Under the pieces are notes generated by a model. The model was not told the DNA's origin and did not search any database. It saw only the letters and a program-made list of their open reading frames with translations. A stretch of DNA of 32,000 nt from Planctomycetota bacterium. GTDB taxonomy: Bacteria > Planctomycetota > Brocadiia > Brocadiales > Brocadiaceae. Within the stretch, counting starts at the first letter, position 1. Each line of letters begins with the position of its first letter. The stretch is taken from assembly GCA_016873165.1 (NCBI GenBank), contig VGXV01000015.1:6413-38412 (forward strand). The letters run 5' to 3'. The translations under genes were made by a program, and so were the position numbers. Shown piece by piece: positions 17,854 through 27,771 of this stretch.

Positions 17854-17948
17854 TACTATTTAATAGACACCCGATATTACGGGAACATTAAAACTTAAAT
17901 CTTTAAAACACAGAATTATATATGCCAAAAGGATAAATTGCAAAAAAA

Positions 17949-20609
17949 TTATTCAAGGGTTTTCTGCAGAATTTTTTCGCTGAGGAATACTGCGGCAAAA
18001 TCAAGCGCATCATCCAATTTGTCAACCAGTTGCCCGCCTGCCTGAGCCATGTCCGGCCTGCCGCCTCCGCCTCCGCCAACTATTTTTGCAACTTCTTTTG
18101 ATATATTTCCCGCATGCAGGCCGCGGGATGTTACGCCGGGACTTAAAGAAACAATCAGGATTACGCGTCCATTTTGAGCGCTTCCTAATACGACCGCAGC
18201 TTCCTTCTCCGATTTCATCAACATATCTGCAGTTTTTCTCATATCATCAGCAGAGGCACCGTCTATTTTCTTTGTTATGATTCTTACGCCGGAAACCTCT
18301 TTTGCGTTCATGGAAAGCGAATCAATTTTTCCCCGCAAATCTTTTTGTTTTTGCTTATTAAGTTCTTTGGTGAGTTTCTTTACTTCAGCCAGGAGTTCTT
18401 GTGCTTTTGAAGAAATGTCTTCCTCATTTGTGTTCAATATGCCACACAATCCCTGAACGATCGTTTCCTTTTCTCTGGCCCTTGAAAGCGCAGAAAGACC
18501 TGTTATCGCCTCAATACGACGTATCCCTGCCGCAACAGAAGATTCCCCGACGATTCTGAAAAGTCCTATTTCTCCTGTATAATTTATGTGCGTGCCGCCG
18601 CAAAGTTCCTTGCTAAAATCTCCGATGGATACCATTCTGACACGTTCTTCGTATTTTTCTCCAAAAAGTGCTATGGCGCCGGCATTTCTTGCCTCCAGAA
18701 GCGTTAGTTCTTTTACTGATACGGGAGCGTTTCCCATGATTTTTTCGTTTGCCAAGTCCTCTATTCGGACAATCTCCTCTTTCGTCAAAGAGGAAAAATG
18801 ATGAAAGTCAAAACGTAATCTATCGGGAGATACCATTGAGCCTGCCTGTTCCGCATGCTGGCCAATGACGTTTCTCAATACCGAATGAAGCACGTGGGTC
18901 GCCGTATGATTCTTTCTTATTAAATTTCTCCGTTGCAAATCTATTTGTGCATCAACCATGTCACCCGTTTTCAGGATGCCTTTTGTTATCTTTCCTATAT
19001 GAATAATAAAAGAATCGTTCTTTTTTGTATCTGTTACGCGAACAAGACTCCCATTCGTTTCAAGTATTCCCGTATCGCCAATTTGTCCGCCGGATTCTCC
19101 ATAAAAGGGCGTTTGGTCTAAAACTATTGATACTTCACTTCCCGTTTCAGCATTGTCTGCAAGATTCTCACCTTTAATAATGGCAATGATCTTCGCTTTG
19201 CACGAATTCTTTTCGTAGCCTAAAAATGTTGTCCCTTTCGATATTTCCTTGATTTTACTTAGCGGGCCGGAGTCAAATACCTGACCGGTCATAGAGGATG
19301 ATGACCGTGCCTGTACCCGCTGACGCTTGAATTCTTCCTCAACCCCTGCGCTATCCACGGCAAAACCCTTTTCCCGGAGAATTGATTCGGTCATGTCCAA
19401 AGGAAAACCATAGGTATCATATAGCTTAAAGGCCTCTTTTCCGGAAAGAACCTTTATTTTGTTCTTTTGCATGACATCCATTAACTCTTTTAACCGCACC
19501 GTTCCCAGTTCCAGGGTCTCAAGGAATTTTTCTTCCTCACTTTTTATAATCCTTGCTATATTTTCCCTGCGTTGTTTAATATCAGGATAATATTCCTGCA
19601 TCACGTTGCTGACGATGGGCACAAGTTTGTATAGAAAGCATTCCTTAATGCCGAGTTGCGCGCCATCGCGGATGGCTCGTCTTAACAAACGCCTTTCCAC
19701 ATATCCACGCCCTTCATTGCCCGGCAAAACACCGTCCGAAATGCAAAAAACACATGCCTTTACATGGTCGGCAATCCGGCGCATAAACGTGGCATTTTCC
19801 GGCTTATCATGATATCGCAAGTGAGTATATTCTTCGATAGACTTAATTATCGGGACAAAAATATCTATATCGAAATTTGTCGGCACACCTTGCATAACGC
19901 GCGCCATTCTTTCGAGTCCCATGCCTGTGTCTACATTTTTGTTGGGCAATGGTTCGAGCTTGCCGCCATCTTTGCGGTTAAATTGGGTAAATACCAAATT
20001 CCATATCTCGACAAAGCGGTCACAATCGCATGCAGGTTCACATTCTTTTCTGCCACAACCAACATTAACCCCCTGATCGTAAAATATTTCAGAGCAGGGG
20101 CCGCAAGGGCCATTTGGTCCCTGTGCCGGGGCATTTGCAGGCCAAAAGTTGTCATTCTCTCCGTAGGAATAAATTTTTGATTTGGGAATGTGTATATGCT
20201 TTTCCCATATTTCGTATGCCTCGGGATCGTCTTTATAAACGCTGACAAAAAGTTTTTCTTCCGGTAATTTTAATTCCTGAACCAAAAACTCCCACGCCCA
20301 CTCAATAGTTTCTCTTTTAAAATAATCCCCAAAGGAAAAATTGCCCATCATCTCAAAGAAAGTATGATGAGAAGCTGTCCTGCCAACATTCTCCAGGTCT
20401 CCCGTTCTGAGGCATTTTTGACATGTTGTTGCTCTTTTTATATTTAATTTCCCCTTGCCAAGGAACATATCCTTAAACTGATTCATCCCTGCCCCCGTAA
20501 AGAGGAGGGTAGGATCTTCCTGCGGAACCAATGAATCCCCGGGACAAATTACATGCGATTTCTTTTCAAAGAATTTTAAATATTTATTCCGAATTTCGTC
20601 TGTTTTCAT
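17949..20609 (-). CDS. alaS: alanine--tRNA ligase
   Basis: 886 aa. MKTDEIRNKYLKFFEKKSH N-terminus, editing-domain HTATHVLH...CGGTH, C-terminal GGGGGRPDMAQAGG (DHHA1). Confidence 0.97.
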   Translation of the reverse strand: MKTDEIRNKYLKFFEKKSHVICPGDSLVPQEDPTLLFTGAGMNQFKDMFLGKGKLNIKRATTCQKCLRTGDLENVGRTASHHTFFEMMGNFSFGDYFKRETIEWAWEFLVQELKLPEEKLFVSVYKDDPEAYEIWEKHIHIPKSKIYSYGENDNFWPANAPAQGPNGPCGPCSEIFYDQGVNVGCGRKECEPACDCDRFVEIWNLVFTQFNRKDGGKLEPLPNKNVDTGMGLERMARVMQGVPTNFDIDIFVPIIKSIEEYTHLRYHDKPENATFMRRIADHVKACVFCISDGVLPGNEGRGYVERRLLRRAIRDGAQLGIKECFLYKLVPIVSNVMQEYYPDIKQRRENIARIIKSEEEKFLETLELGTVRLKELMDVMQKNKIKVLSGKEAFKLYDTYGFPLDMTESILREKGFAVDSAGVEEEFKRQRVQARSSSSMTGQVFDSGPLSKIKEISKGTTFLGYEKNSCKAKIIAIIKGENLADNAETGSEVSIVLDQTPFYGESGGQIGDTGILETNGSLVRVTDTKKNDSFIIHIGKITKGILKTGDMVDAQIDLQRRNLIRKNHTATHVLHSVLRNVIGQHAEQAGSMVSPDRLRFDFHHFSSLTKEEIVRIEDLANEKIMGNAPVSVKELTLLEARNAGAIALFGEKYEERVRMVSIGDFSKELCGGTHINYTGEIGLFRIVGESSVAAGIRRIEAITGLSALSRAREKETIVQGLCGILNTNEEDISSKAQELLAEVKKLTKELNKQKQKDLRGKIDSLSMNAKEVSGVRIITKKIDGASADDMRKTADMLMKSEKEAAVVLGSAQNGRVILIVSLSPGVTSRGLHAGNISKEVAKIVGGGGGGRPDMAQAGGQLVDKLDDALDFAAVFLSEKILQKTLE

Positions 20610-20612
20610 AAG

Positions 20613-21707
20613 TTAATTGCTTTTCGTTTTTTTCAAAGGTGTGCTTTTTTCCGTACTTTCAGGTGGATTTTCGGAGAGTTTTTCAGTCACCATAGAAGGC
20701 GACATTATTTTTAGGATTGATTGCTCAATTTTTTTCATCATTTCGGGCTTTTCGATGAGAAATTGTCTGGAATTCTCCCTTCCCTGCCCCAACCGTATAT
20801 CTCCGTATGAATACCATGTTCCCGATTTTTCAATAATGTTACGTTCAACGCCAAGATCGATAATATCTCCTGCCAGCGATATACCCGTGTCGTAAAGAAT
20901 ATCAAACTCTGCTCTTTTAAAAGGAGCGGCAACCTTATTTTTTGCAATGGTAGCGCGGACTCTGCTTCCGATAATTGCCTCACCGTCTTTTATGCTTCCT
21001 ATCCTCCTGATATCAATACGCACCGAAGCGTAAAATTTTAACGCCCTCCCTCCCGGAGTGGTTTCCGGGTTTCCGCCATACATAACGCCAATCTTTTCGC
21101 GAATCTGATTGATAAAAATTACGCTTGTTTTTGATTTTGAAATACAAGCGGTAAGTTTACGTAATGCCTGGGACATCAATCTTGCCTGCAATCCTATGTG
21201 AGAATCTCCCATTTCGCCCTCAATTTCAGCGCGAGGCACAAGAGCCGCTACCGAGTCAACCACTACCACATCAACGGCATTGCTCCTGACAAGTAATTCT
21301 GCTATTTCCAGCGCTTGCTCTCCGGTGTCCGGTTGATTTACCAATAAATCATTCAGATTCACCCCCAGTTTTTTTGCGTATTCCGGGTCTAATGCATGTT
21401 CTGCATCGATAAAAGCAGCTACTCCCCCCCCTTTCTGGGCATTTGCAATAATCTGAAGCGTCAGGGTGGTTTTCCCTGAAGATTCCTGTCCGAAAATTTC
21501 GATAACCCTTCCCCGCGGAATGCCTCCTACACCGAGCGCTATATCTAACGATAACGCTCCGGTTGAAATTACGGGGACATCCAGCTTTGTCTCGCCCCCT
21601 AATTTCATTATCGTTCCTTTTCCAAACTGCTTATCAATGTGCGAAATTGCTCTTTCTAACGCCTGATGCCGTTTTTCTTTATCGGGTATTTCTGTATTAG
21701 TTGTCAT
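20613..21707 (-). CDS. recA: recombinase RecA
   Basis: 364 aa. [14 protein letters not shown] Walker [11 protein letters not shown] Walker [30 protein letters not shown]. Its stop is 3 nt before the alaS start. Confidence 0.97.
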   Translation of the reverse strand: MTTNTEIPDKEKRHQALERAISHIDKQFGKGTIMKLGGETKLDVPVISTGALSLDIALGVGGIPRGRVIEIFGQESSGKTTLTLQIIANAQKGGGVAAFIDAEHALDPEYAKKLGVNLNDLLVNQPDTGEQALEIAELLVRSNAVDVVVVDSVAALVPRAEIEGEMGDSHIGLQARLMSQALRKLTACISKSKTSVIFINQIREKIGVMYGGNPETTPGGRALKFYASVRIDIRRIGSIKDGEAIIGSRVRATIAKNKVAAPFKRAEFDILYDTGISLAGDIIDLGVERNIIEKSGTWYSYGDIRLGQGRENSRQFLIEKPEMMKKIEQSILKIMSPSMVTEKLSENPPESTEKSTPLKKTKSN

Positions 21708-21797
21708 ATTTGTATAGAGAAGGATAAAGTTATAATGTATAAAAATACGAGGAATATGTTCTTACGATATACATAGAATAAATGTTGATAGCAAAAA

Positions 21798-22361
21798 TTA
21801 TACAAAACTAATAGTACTTACCCTTGTGTATGCAGGCCCTTCCGGGGAGAGATCGCTCTTCATTAACACTATGTGACTGATATTTTCATTCCCAAAGGCA
21901 TAATCTCTGTATGAGTTTATACAATCCATAAGTTTGTTTATGTTTTTATGTGTTTTTACTCTTCCGACAGTAATGTGCGCTTCAAATTTGCGTTCTTCAG
22001 ATGAAATTCCCAGCGCTGATAACTGACTGTTTAGCCTTTCGTAAACAGATGCCAAAATGCCACCCGGATCCACTGCTTTGGCAAAGATTACCCGCGGGTT
22101 TTTCCCCGTAGGAAAAACCCCTGCTCCTTTATAGCAAAGATCAAACGGTTTTATGCCGATGACAGATTGATTGATGACAGCAATAATATCATCTACTTTA
22201 GCTTCATCAGTAGCGCCAATAAATTTTAATGTGATATGAAGATTTTCAGGCGCTACCCGCTTTATATCAGCAGACGTCTTTTTAAGGTCATTTTGAAAGC
22301 CTGATATTTTTTCCCGTGTTGCGTTGGTAATTTCAATCGCAATGAAAAGTCTTACATCCAT
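21798..22361 (-). CDS. thpR: RNA 2',3'-cyclic phosphodiesterase (2H phosphoesterase, LigT/ThpR family)
   Basis: 187 aa. Begins RLFIAIEI and carries two H-x-T motifs (HITLKFIG and HITVGRV). Confidence 0.85.
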   Translation of the reverse strand: MDVRLFIAIEITNATREKISGFQNDLKKTSADIKRVAPENLHITLKFIGATDEAKVDDIIAVINQSVIGIKPFDLCYKGAGVFPTGKNPRVIFAKAVDPGGILASVYERLNSQLSALGISSEERKFEAHITVGRVKTHKNINKLMDCINSYRDYAFGNENISHIVLMKSDLSPEGPAYTRVSTISFV

Positions 22362-22438
22362 TCAACATATCCAGCAAATTAACACTACCGCGACATTTTA
22401 TCCTTGATTCCTGTCCGGGTTATTTCATTCCGGCATAT

Positions 22439-23791
22439 TTACAACCCGACAGTATTTGTAATTCCACTCAGGTTTTTAATGGTATTTTCAAGCCTTTTCA
22501 GGGTAGTTTCTCTCCCCAGGATCTCCATTGTTTCAAAAATACCCGCACTTGCGCTTCTGCCTGTTATCGCAACTCTTATAGGTTGAGCGATTTTAGAAAA
22601 ACCAATGCCCAGTTTTGCTGTCAAATCTCTCAAACACCCCTCCAGCCCTTGCCTGTCAAAACTGTTCAGGGATGAGATTGCCGAATACACCTCTTTCAGC
22701 ATTTCAGGGATACCTTCTTTTTTAAGAAACTTGTCTGTTGCAGCCGGGTCATACTCAATGGTATGAGCAAAGAAAAATCTCGTTTGATCGACCAGCTCCT
22801 GGAAATTTTTAAATCGTTCGTGGTACAATTCTATCAACCTGAACAACCAATCCGCTGAAATGTTCTTAGTATCAATATCCGATTTTTCAAAAAATAGCTT
22901 CCCCGCAGCGGTAAGTTGTTCAATAGGTGTATTCATAACATATTGTCCGCACATCCAATCCAATTTTGTGTTATCGAATTGCGCGCTCGTTTTATTTACC
23001 CGTTTTAAAGAAAATTTATCAATCATTTCCCTGATCGATAATATTTCCTGATCATTTCCGGGAGACCACCCCAGCAAAGCAAGAAAATTTACAAGCGCCT
23101 GAGGCAAATACCCTTTGTCTCGGTATTCAGTAACGGATGTTGCCCCGTGTCGTTTGCTCAGGCGGGAACCATCTTCCCCCAGAATCATCGGAATGTGTGC
23201 ATATTCCGGCGATTCAAACCCTAAGGCATTATAGAGCGCTATTTGTTTAGGTGTATTTGATATGTGATCATCGCCGCGAATGACATGGGTGATTTTCATA
23301 TCGGCGTCATCCACTACACAAGCAAAGTTGTAACTGGGAAAACCGTCTGCCTTGAGAATAACAAAATCTTCTATCACGGCAGAATCAAAAGTAATTGCAC
23401 CGTGGACAAGGTCGTCTATCACTATAACATTCTGTTGCATCTTAAACCGGATTGCAGTGCGTCCTTCCGCATCGGTATCGTAAAATGCGTTTCCTTGATT
23501 CACAAGTTGTTCGGCATATCGTTTATATATCGGCAGTCGCTGGCTTTGGAAATATGGTCCTTCATCCCAATCCAAACCAAGCCATTTCATGCTATCTAAG
23601 ATAGCATGTGTTGCTTCTTCTGTAGAACGCTGCTGATCAGTATCTTCGATTCGCAAAAGAAAGATGCCATTGTTGTGCCTTGCAAAAAGCCAGTTAAAAA
23701 GAGCCGTTCGTGCACCCCCAATATGCAAATAACCGGTTGGGCTAGGGGCAAATCTGACTCTTACACCCGAACTTAAAGTAGTTTGATTCAT
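22439..23791 (-). CDS. gltX: glutamate--tRNA ligase
   Basis: 450 aa. RFAPSPTGYLHIGGARTALFNW (HIGH) and RLSKRHG (KMSKS) motifs. Confidence 0.95.
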   Translation of the reverse strand: MNQTTLSSGVRVRFAPSPTGYLHIGGARTALFNWLFARHNNGIFLLRIEDTDQQRSTEEATHAILDSMKWLGLDWDEGPYFQSQRLPIYKRYAEQLVNQGNAFYDTDAEGRTAIRFKMQQNVIVIDDLVHGAITFDSAVIEDFVILKADGFPSYNFACVVDDADMKITHVIRGDDHISNTPKQIALYNALGFESPEYAHIPMILGEDGSRLSKRHGATSVTEYRDKGYLPQALVNFLALLGWSPGNDQEILSIREMIDKFSLKRVNKTSAQFDNTKLDWMCGQYVMNTPIEQLTAAGKLFFEKSDIDTKNISADWLFRLIELYHERFKNFQELVDQTRFFFAHTIEYDPAATDKFLKKEGIPEMLKEVYSAISSLNSFDRQGLEGCLRDLTAKLGIGFSKIAQPIRVAITGRSASAGIFETMEILGRETTLKRLENTIKNLSGITNTVGL

Positions 23792-23862
23792 TGTAACTTA
23801 AATTGTTTTAATATGTTATGCCAGTATAATGAAAACTCAGGGGAAAATACATAATTCAGGAT

Positions 23863-23892
23863 ATGATAACGAATCGTGAATAAGAGTGTCAA
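23863..23892 (-). promoter_or_regulatory. sigma-70-like promoter candidate for gltX
   Basis: The minus strand reads TTGACA (23892..23887), an 18-nt spacer, then TATCAT (23868..23863). It is about 70 nt upstream of the gltX ATG. Confidence 0.35.
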
Positions 23893-24028
23893 GCGTTTTA
23901 TTGATGGTCGCCCACAGCGGTAAAGTTCATCGCAATTATTTCTGGTTAAATATGATATGTTAATTTTATATTTACCTTTTTTAGAAATTATGATACGCTT
24001 TAAAGTAAGTAATTTTGGAGATTTTATT

Positions 24029-25114
24029 ATGGAAAATTATATTTTAACCCAGGCGTTAGATTATATAAGCAGGGGAATTATGATCCAGGATGTGAATCGC
24101 CGGGTTGTATTTTTTAATCATGCCTGCGAAAAAATTACGAAAAGAACCAAAAACGAAGTGGTTGGCAAAGATTGCGGTGATATCTTTAAGTGCCACACTT
24201 CCTCTGGGTTGTGCATAACCGACAAATGTTGTCCCGGTACGGAAATACTGAATGGCAACCTTTCCCAGGGATCACGGGAACTGTTGATCAACAGAGGAGA
24301 TAATCGTGAATCATGGATAAGGGTGAATGTGTCTCCTATTAAAGACAAAGCAGGAAAGGTTACCCATATCATTTCCGTTATAGAGGATGTTAACGAAACA
24401 AAAAGATTTTCCGACGAAATTATCAAATCAAAAGCATTATCCTCCTTTGGCGCGCTAGCCTCTGAACTGGCTCATGAAATAAAGAATCCCCTCAATGCCA
24501 TGAATGTTCAATTATTATTATTAAAGCATGAAATAAACGATACTTATAGCAACGGTGGGTCTCAAAAAAATGAATTGTTGAAAATTGTGTCCATCGTTCA
24601 AAATGAAATTAATCGCTTAAGCAATTTTGTGGGAGAATGTTTGCAGTTCGCAAAAACAGGCGAACTCAACAAAAGCCATGTGCATATTCATGAAATGCTT
24701 ACCGACATCATTGCATTGCTGAATCCCCAGGCGCAACTGAATGGCATTCAGTTGAAGCTGGACGTTATGGAGAATGTTCCTGCTGCAAATATTGACAAGG
24801 ACAAGATAAAACAGGCTATTCTGAATATTCTCATCAACGGGATCGAAGCAATGCCGGATGGTGGGGAAGTATATATAAACGCCAGCAAGGCAGATGACGA
24901 TATTATTATTACCTGTCATGACACAGGACCCGGCATACCGGAAGAATCCAGGGATAAAATATTTAATTTATTCTATACTACCAAGGATGGAGGCACAGGG
25001 ATAGGCCTTTCTTCCGCGCAAAATATCATACAGATGCACGGCGGAACAATACGGCTGGCACCCTCTGCCGTTGGCTGCAAATTTCTCATTACCATTCCTG
25101 CGGATCAGGAATAG
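24029..25114 (+). CDS. cytoplasmic sensor histidine kinase: Cys-rich PAS + HisKA + HATPase_c
   Basis: The ORF track starts at 23957. ATG 24029 is preferred because GGAG lies 8 nt upstream. There is no TM segment. PAS-like N-terminus with six Cys. H-box ELAHEIKNPLNAM, N-box LNILINGIEAM, G1 HDTGPGIP, G2 GGTGIGLS. Confidence 0.85.
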   Translation: MENYILTQALDYISRGIMIQDVNRRVVFFNHACEKITKRTKNEVVGKDCGDIFKCHTSSGLCITDKCCPGTEILNGNLSQGSRELLINRGDNRESWIRVNVSPIKDKAGKVTHIISVIEDVNETKRFSDEIIKSKALSSFGALASELAHEIKNPLNAMNVQLLLLKHEINDTYSNGGSQKNELLKIVSIVQNEINRLSNFVGECLQFAKTGELNKSHVHIHEMLTDIIALLNPQAQLNGIQLKLDVMENVPAANIDKDKIKQAILNILINGIEAMPDGGEVYINASKADDDIIITCHDTGPGIPEESRDKIFNLFYTTKDGGTGIGLSSAQNIIQMHGGTIRLAPSAVGCKFLITIPADQE

Positions 25115-25136
25115 AAAAAAAGGCTTTAATAATAGC

Positions 25137-26483
25137 ATGACAAAACCAAAGTTATTACTGGTCGAAGACGATAAAAATACGCTCGACGGATTGATCAAAA
25201 TCTTAACACGGAGCGGGTATACCGCTTCCGGTGTCACTTCCGGTTACGAAGCGCTGAACCAACTTTCAAAGGAAGATTTTGATATTATTATTACAGATAT
25301 GAAGCTTCCCGGAATGGGAGGGTTATCATTACTCCAGGAAATAAAGAAAAAAAATGCCTCTATTGCCATTGTCGTTATTACGGCATACAGTTCCATCAAA
25401 TCGGCGGTAGATGCAGTGAAACATGGAGCCGATGAATATTTGACGAAGCCGCTGGATGTGGAAGAACTTGAGCTGGTTTTGGAAAAACTGTGGAATAAAC
25501 AACAACTTATCCTTCAAAACCGCCAGCTAAAGGAGGAACTGAAGGATAAATATACATTTTCCGAACTTGTCGGCGGTTCTCCGCAAATGCACCGGATTTT
25601 TAAAATGATCGAGGATGTTGCTCCCAGCACTGCCTCTGTTCTTATTCTGGGAGAGACGGGAACAGGAAAGGAACTTGTGGCGCATGCTATTCATTATCGG
25701 AGCGAAAGGGCCGGGAAGCCATTCGTGGCATTGCATTGTGCCGCTCTTTCGGAAGGGGTTTTGGAGAGCGAATTATTTGGCCACGAAAAGGGCGCCTTCA
25801 CGGGCGCTATTCAATCCCGAAAGGGACGGTTTGAACTTGCAGACGGCGGAACCCTTTTTCTGGACGAATTAGCAGAGATGAGCCTGAAAGTCCAGGTCAA
25901 ATTGTTGCGCGTTCTGGAAAAAGGAGAGTTTGAACGAGTTGGCGGGGAGAAAACAATAAAAGTAGATGTGCGGTTTATTGCCGCAACAAATCGCAACCTC
26001 GAAAAGGAAGTTTCAGAGGGAAGATTCAGGGAAGATTTATTTTATCGTCTTAACGTCATCAGCATCCATCTGCCCTCGTTGAGAGAAAGAAAAGAAGATA
26101 TTCCCATTCTTTCAAATTATTTTGTTGTTAAATACGCAAAGAAATACAAAAAAGAGATAAAAGGAATCGACCAGGAGTCGATAAAAGCGCTGTGCTCCCA
26201 TCATTGGCAGGGCAATATCAGGGAACTGGAAAATACCATCGAACGGGCTGTTGTGCTGTGTAAAGGAGATTCTATTTCAATTGATCACTTGCCGGAGAGT
26301 ATTATACCGGACAATGAATATGTGCCGGTAATTAAAATACCCGTAGGCACTACCCTGAAAGAGGCTGAAAAAGAAATTATTCAAAAAACACTCCAGGTGA
26401 CCAATGGCAGCAAACAATCTGCCGCTAAAATATTGGGCATATCTGCACGAAAAATCGAATACAAAACCAAAGAATGGAGTTAA
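25137..26483 (+). CDS. NtrC-family sigma-54-dependent response regulator (REC + AAA+ + Fis-type HTH)
   Basis: The ORF track start 25071 overlaps the kinase gene. ATG 25137 gives MTKPKLLLVEDD. REC motif IITDMKLPGM, Walker A GETGTGKE, sigma-54 contact loop GAFTGA, Walker B LFLDEL, C-terminal HTH QSAAKILGISARKIEYK. Confidence 0.93.
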   Translation: MTKPKLLLVEDDKNTLDGLIKILTRSGYTASGVTSGYEALNQLSKEDFDIIITDMKLPGMGGLSLLQEIKKKNASIAIVVITAYSSIKSAVDAVKHGADEYLTKPLDVEELELVLEKLWNKQQLILQNRQLKEELKDKYTFSELVGGSPQMHRIFKMIEDVAPSTASVLILGETGTGKELVAHAIHYRSERAGKPFVALHCAALSEGVLESELFGHEKGAFTGAIQSRKGRFELADGGTLFLDELAEMSLKVQVKLLRVLEKGEFERVGGEKTIKVDVRFIAATNRNLEKEVSEGRFREDLFYRLNVISIHLPSLRERKEDIPILSNYFVVKYAKKYKKEIKGIDQESIKALCSHHWQGNIRELENTIERAVVLCKGDSISIDHLPESIIPDNEYVPVIKIPVGTTLKEAEKEIIQKTLQVTNGSKQSAAKILGISARKIEYKTKEWS

Positions 26484-26718
26484 TAGCGAAAAAAATTTCT
26501 TCCTTTTTGCCTTATTAAAAGAGTATATCAAGAGAACACACAAAGGCTTTTCGCTAAAAATCCCTCGAAATAAAAAACCAAATACGAAATTTTTTCGCTC
26601 TTTTTTCTGACTCACCTCATATCAACGTAAATTTTTCGGGAAAGCCATTCATTGGCGCTCTCTCCTCAACCAAATCACCTCACTCATAAAATACTGACGA
26701 TGTAAATAAGCGTTTGCA

Positions 26719-26731
26719 TATCAATGCCTTA
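26719..26731 (+). promoter_or_regulatory. IHF-consensus-like site between candidate UAS and the sigma-54 promoter
   Basis: TATCAATGCCTTA matches WATCAANNNNTTR exactly and is followed by an A/T tract. It sits about 35-45 bp upstream of the -24 element. Confidence 0.25.
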
Positions 26732-26760
26732 CGGAAACAGGAAAAATAATAATTTTTTTT

Positions 26761-26777
26761 TGGGCACAATGATTGCG
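26761..26777 (+). promoter_or_regulatory. sigma-54 (-24/-12) promoter
   Basis: TGGGCACAATGATTGCG contains GGCAC (26763-26767), N5, then TTGC (26773-26776), which gives the GG-N10-GC spacing of the TGGCAC-N5-TTGC consensus. It lies 280 bp downstream of a sigma-54 activator gene and 211 bp upstream of the next ATG. Confidence 0.65.
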
Positions 26778-26987
26778 ATCTGATTATCCAGGCATTTGAA
26801 GTGTAAGGACAAAAAATTTTATGATTGTTAGTTTATTTTGAGAAAGGAGGCTGATCCATTAAATCACCACAAAGAAAAGAGACGTCCCATTTAATAAAGA
26901 AGTTGCGCGGTAAAGTATGGTGAGTATTGAAAGTGTTTTGACCGATATTTTAAAAAATTTACATTATCTTAGAAGGAGTAAACAATT

Positions 26988-27698
26988 ATGGCTATATCAA
27001 CTGGAGAATTTTTTGACAAATTAGAAACAGATATTTTAAAACATCCGGCAGTTAATGATCACCCATATCTGCAAAAATTCAGAAAAAATGCGGATATGAA
27101 GAGGGTAAAATTATACGCAGAACAATATTATTGTTTTTCAAGACATTTCTCGCGGTATTTGGCCGGCGCAGTTGCAATCTGTCCTGATGAAGCAGGCAGG
27201 GCCCCTTTAATTAAGAATTTATTTGAGGAATACGGCGGCAGAAGCGAAGAGAAAAGAGGCATGGATGCAGAGCTTACTCATCCTGCTATTTTCCGCAGAT
27301 TCCTGAAAGCAGCCGGGGTCAATACCGACCAGCAGGCATTGGATAATATAGTAATGTTGCCGGAGACAAAATTGTTTGTTGAAAAATACCTGAACATTCA
27401 TTATATGGATTATGTTGAAGCACTGGGAGCCTTGGGACCAGGAACGGAATTTATCGTGCCTACGATGTATCAGCCAATTCGTGAAGGCTGTAAACGCGCC
27501 GGTTTAAACGATGATGCAGTGCTCTTCTTTTCCGCTCATATTGAATTGGATGTCGAGCATGCTGCAAATATCAGGCACTCTCTGGCATTTTGTTCCAAGA
27601 CCGATGAACAACAGAGGAAAATAAGGAAGGGCGCTTTTGATTTCCTTGATGCAAGAACGGTTTTGTGGGACGGATTAGAGAAGGCATCAAAATTTTAA
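26988..27698 (+). CDS. heme-oxygenase-like diiron oxidase/oxygenase family protein (CADD/PqqC-like, Haem_oxygenas_2 type)
   Basis: 236 aa, with AGAAGGAG 9 nt upstream. Motifs are HPYLQKF, AEQYYCFSRHF, NLFEEYGG...THPAIFRRF, ALGALGPGTEF and FFSAHIELDVEHA. Together they form the pattern E...H / E / H-x3-D-x2-H that matches the six-ligand diiron set of CADD-type proteins. Confidence 0.75.
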   Translation: MAISTGEFFDKLETDILKHPAVNDHPYLQKFRKNADMKRVKLYAEQYYCFSRHFSRYLAGAVAICPDEAGRAPLIKNLFEEYGGRSEEKRGMDAELTHPAIFRRFLKAAGVNTDQQALDNIVMLPETKLFVEKYLNIHYMDYVEALGALGPGTEFIVPTMYQPIREGCKRAGLNDDAVLFFSAHIELDVEHAANIRHSLAFCSKTDEQQRKIRKGAFDFLDARTVLWDGLEKASKF

Positions 27699-27771
27699 TC
27701 AAACCGTTTTGGTTCATTAGAATTATTCCTGCATTTCAATTTGTAAACACCAACAAGGAAAGGAGTATTTT

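Noticed and set aside
21750-21785. Possible SOS/LexA box upstream of recA (TATGT-N11-ACATA, GAACATATTCC)
   Set aside because: It contains only half-matches to the known LexA consensus types (CTGT-N8-ACAG, GAAC-N4-GTTC). In AT-rich DNA this is not distinguishable from chance.
26917-27024. 35-codon ATG ORF overlapping the HDO start in another frame
   Set aside because: It has no RBS and overlaps a gene that has a strong SD. It is likely fortuitous.
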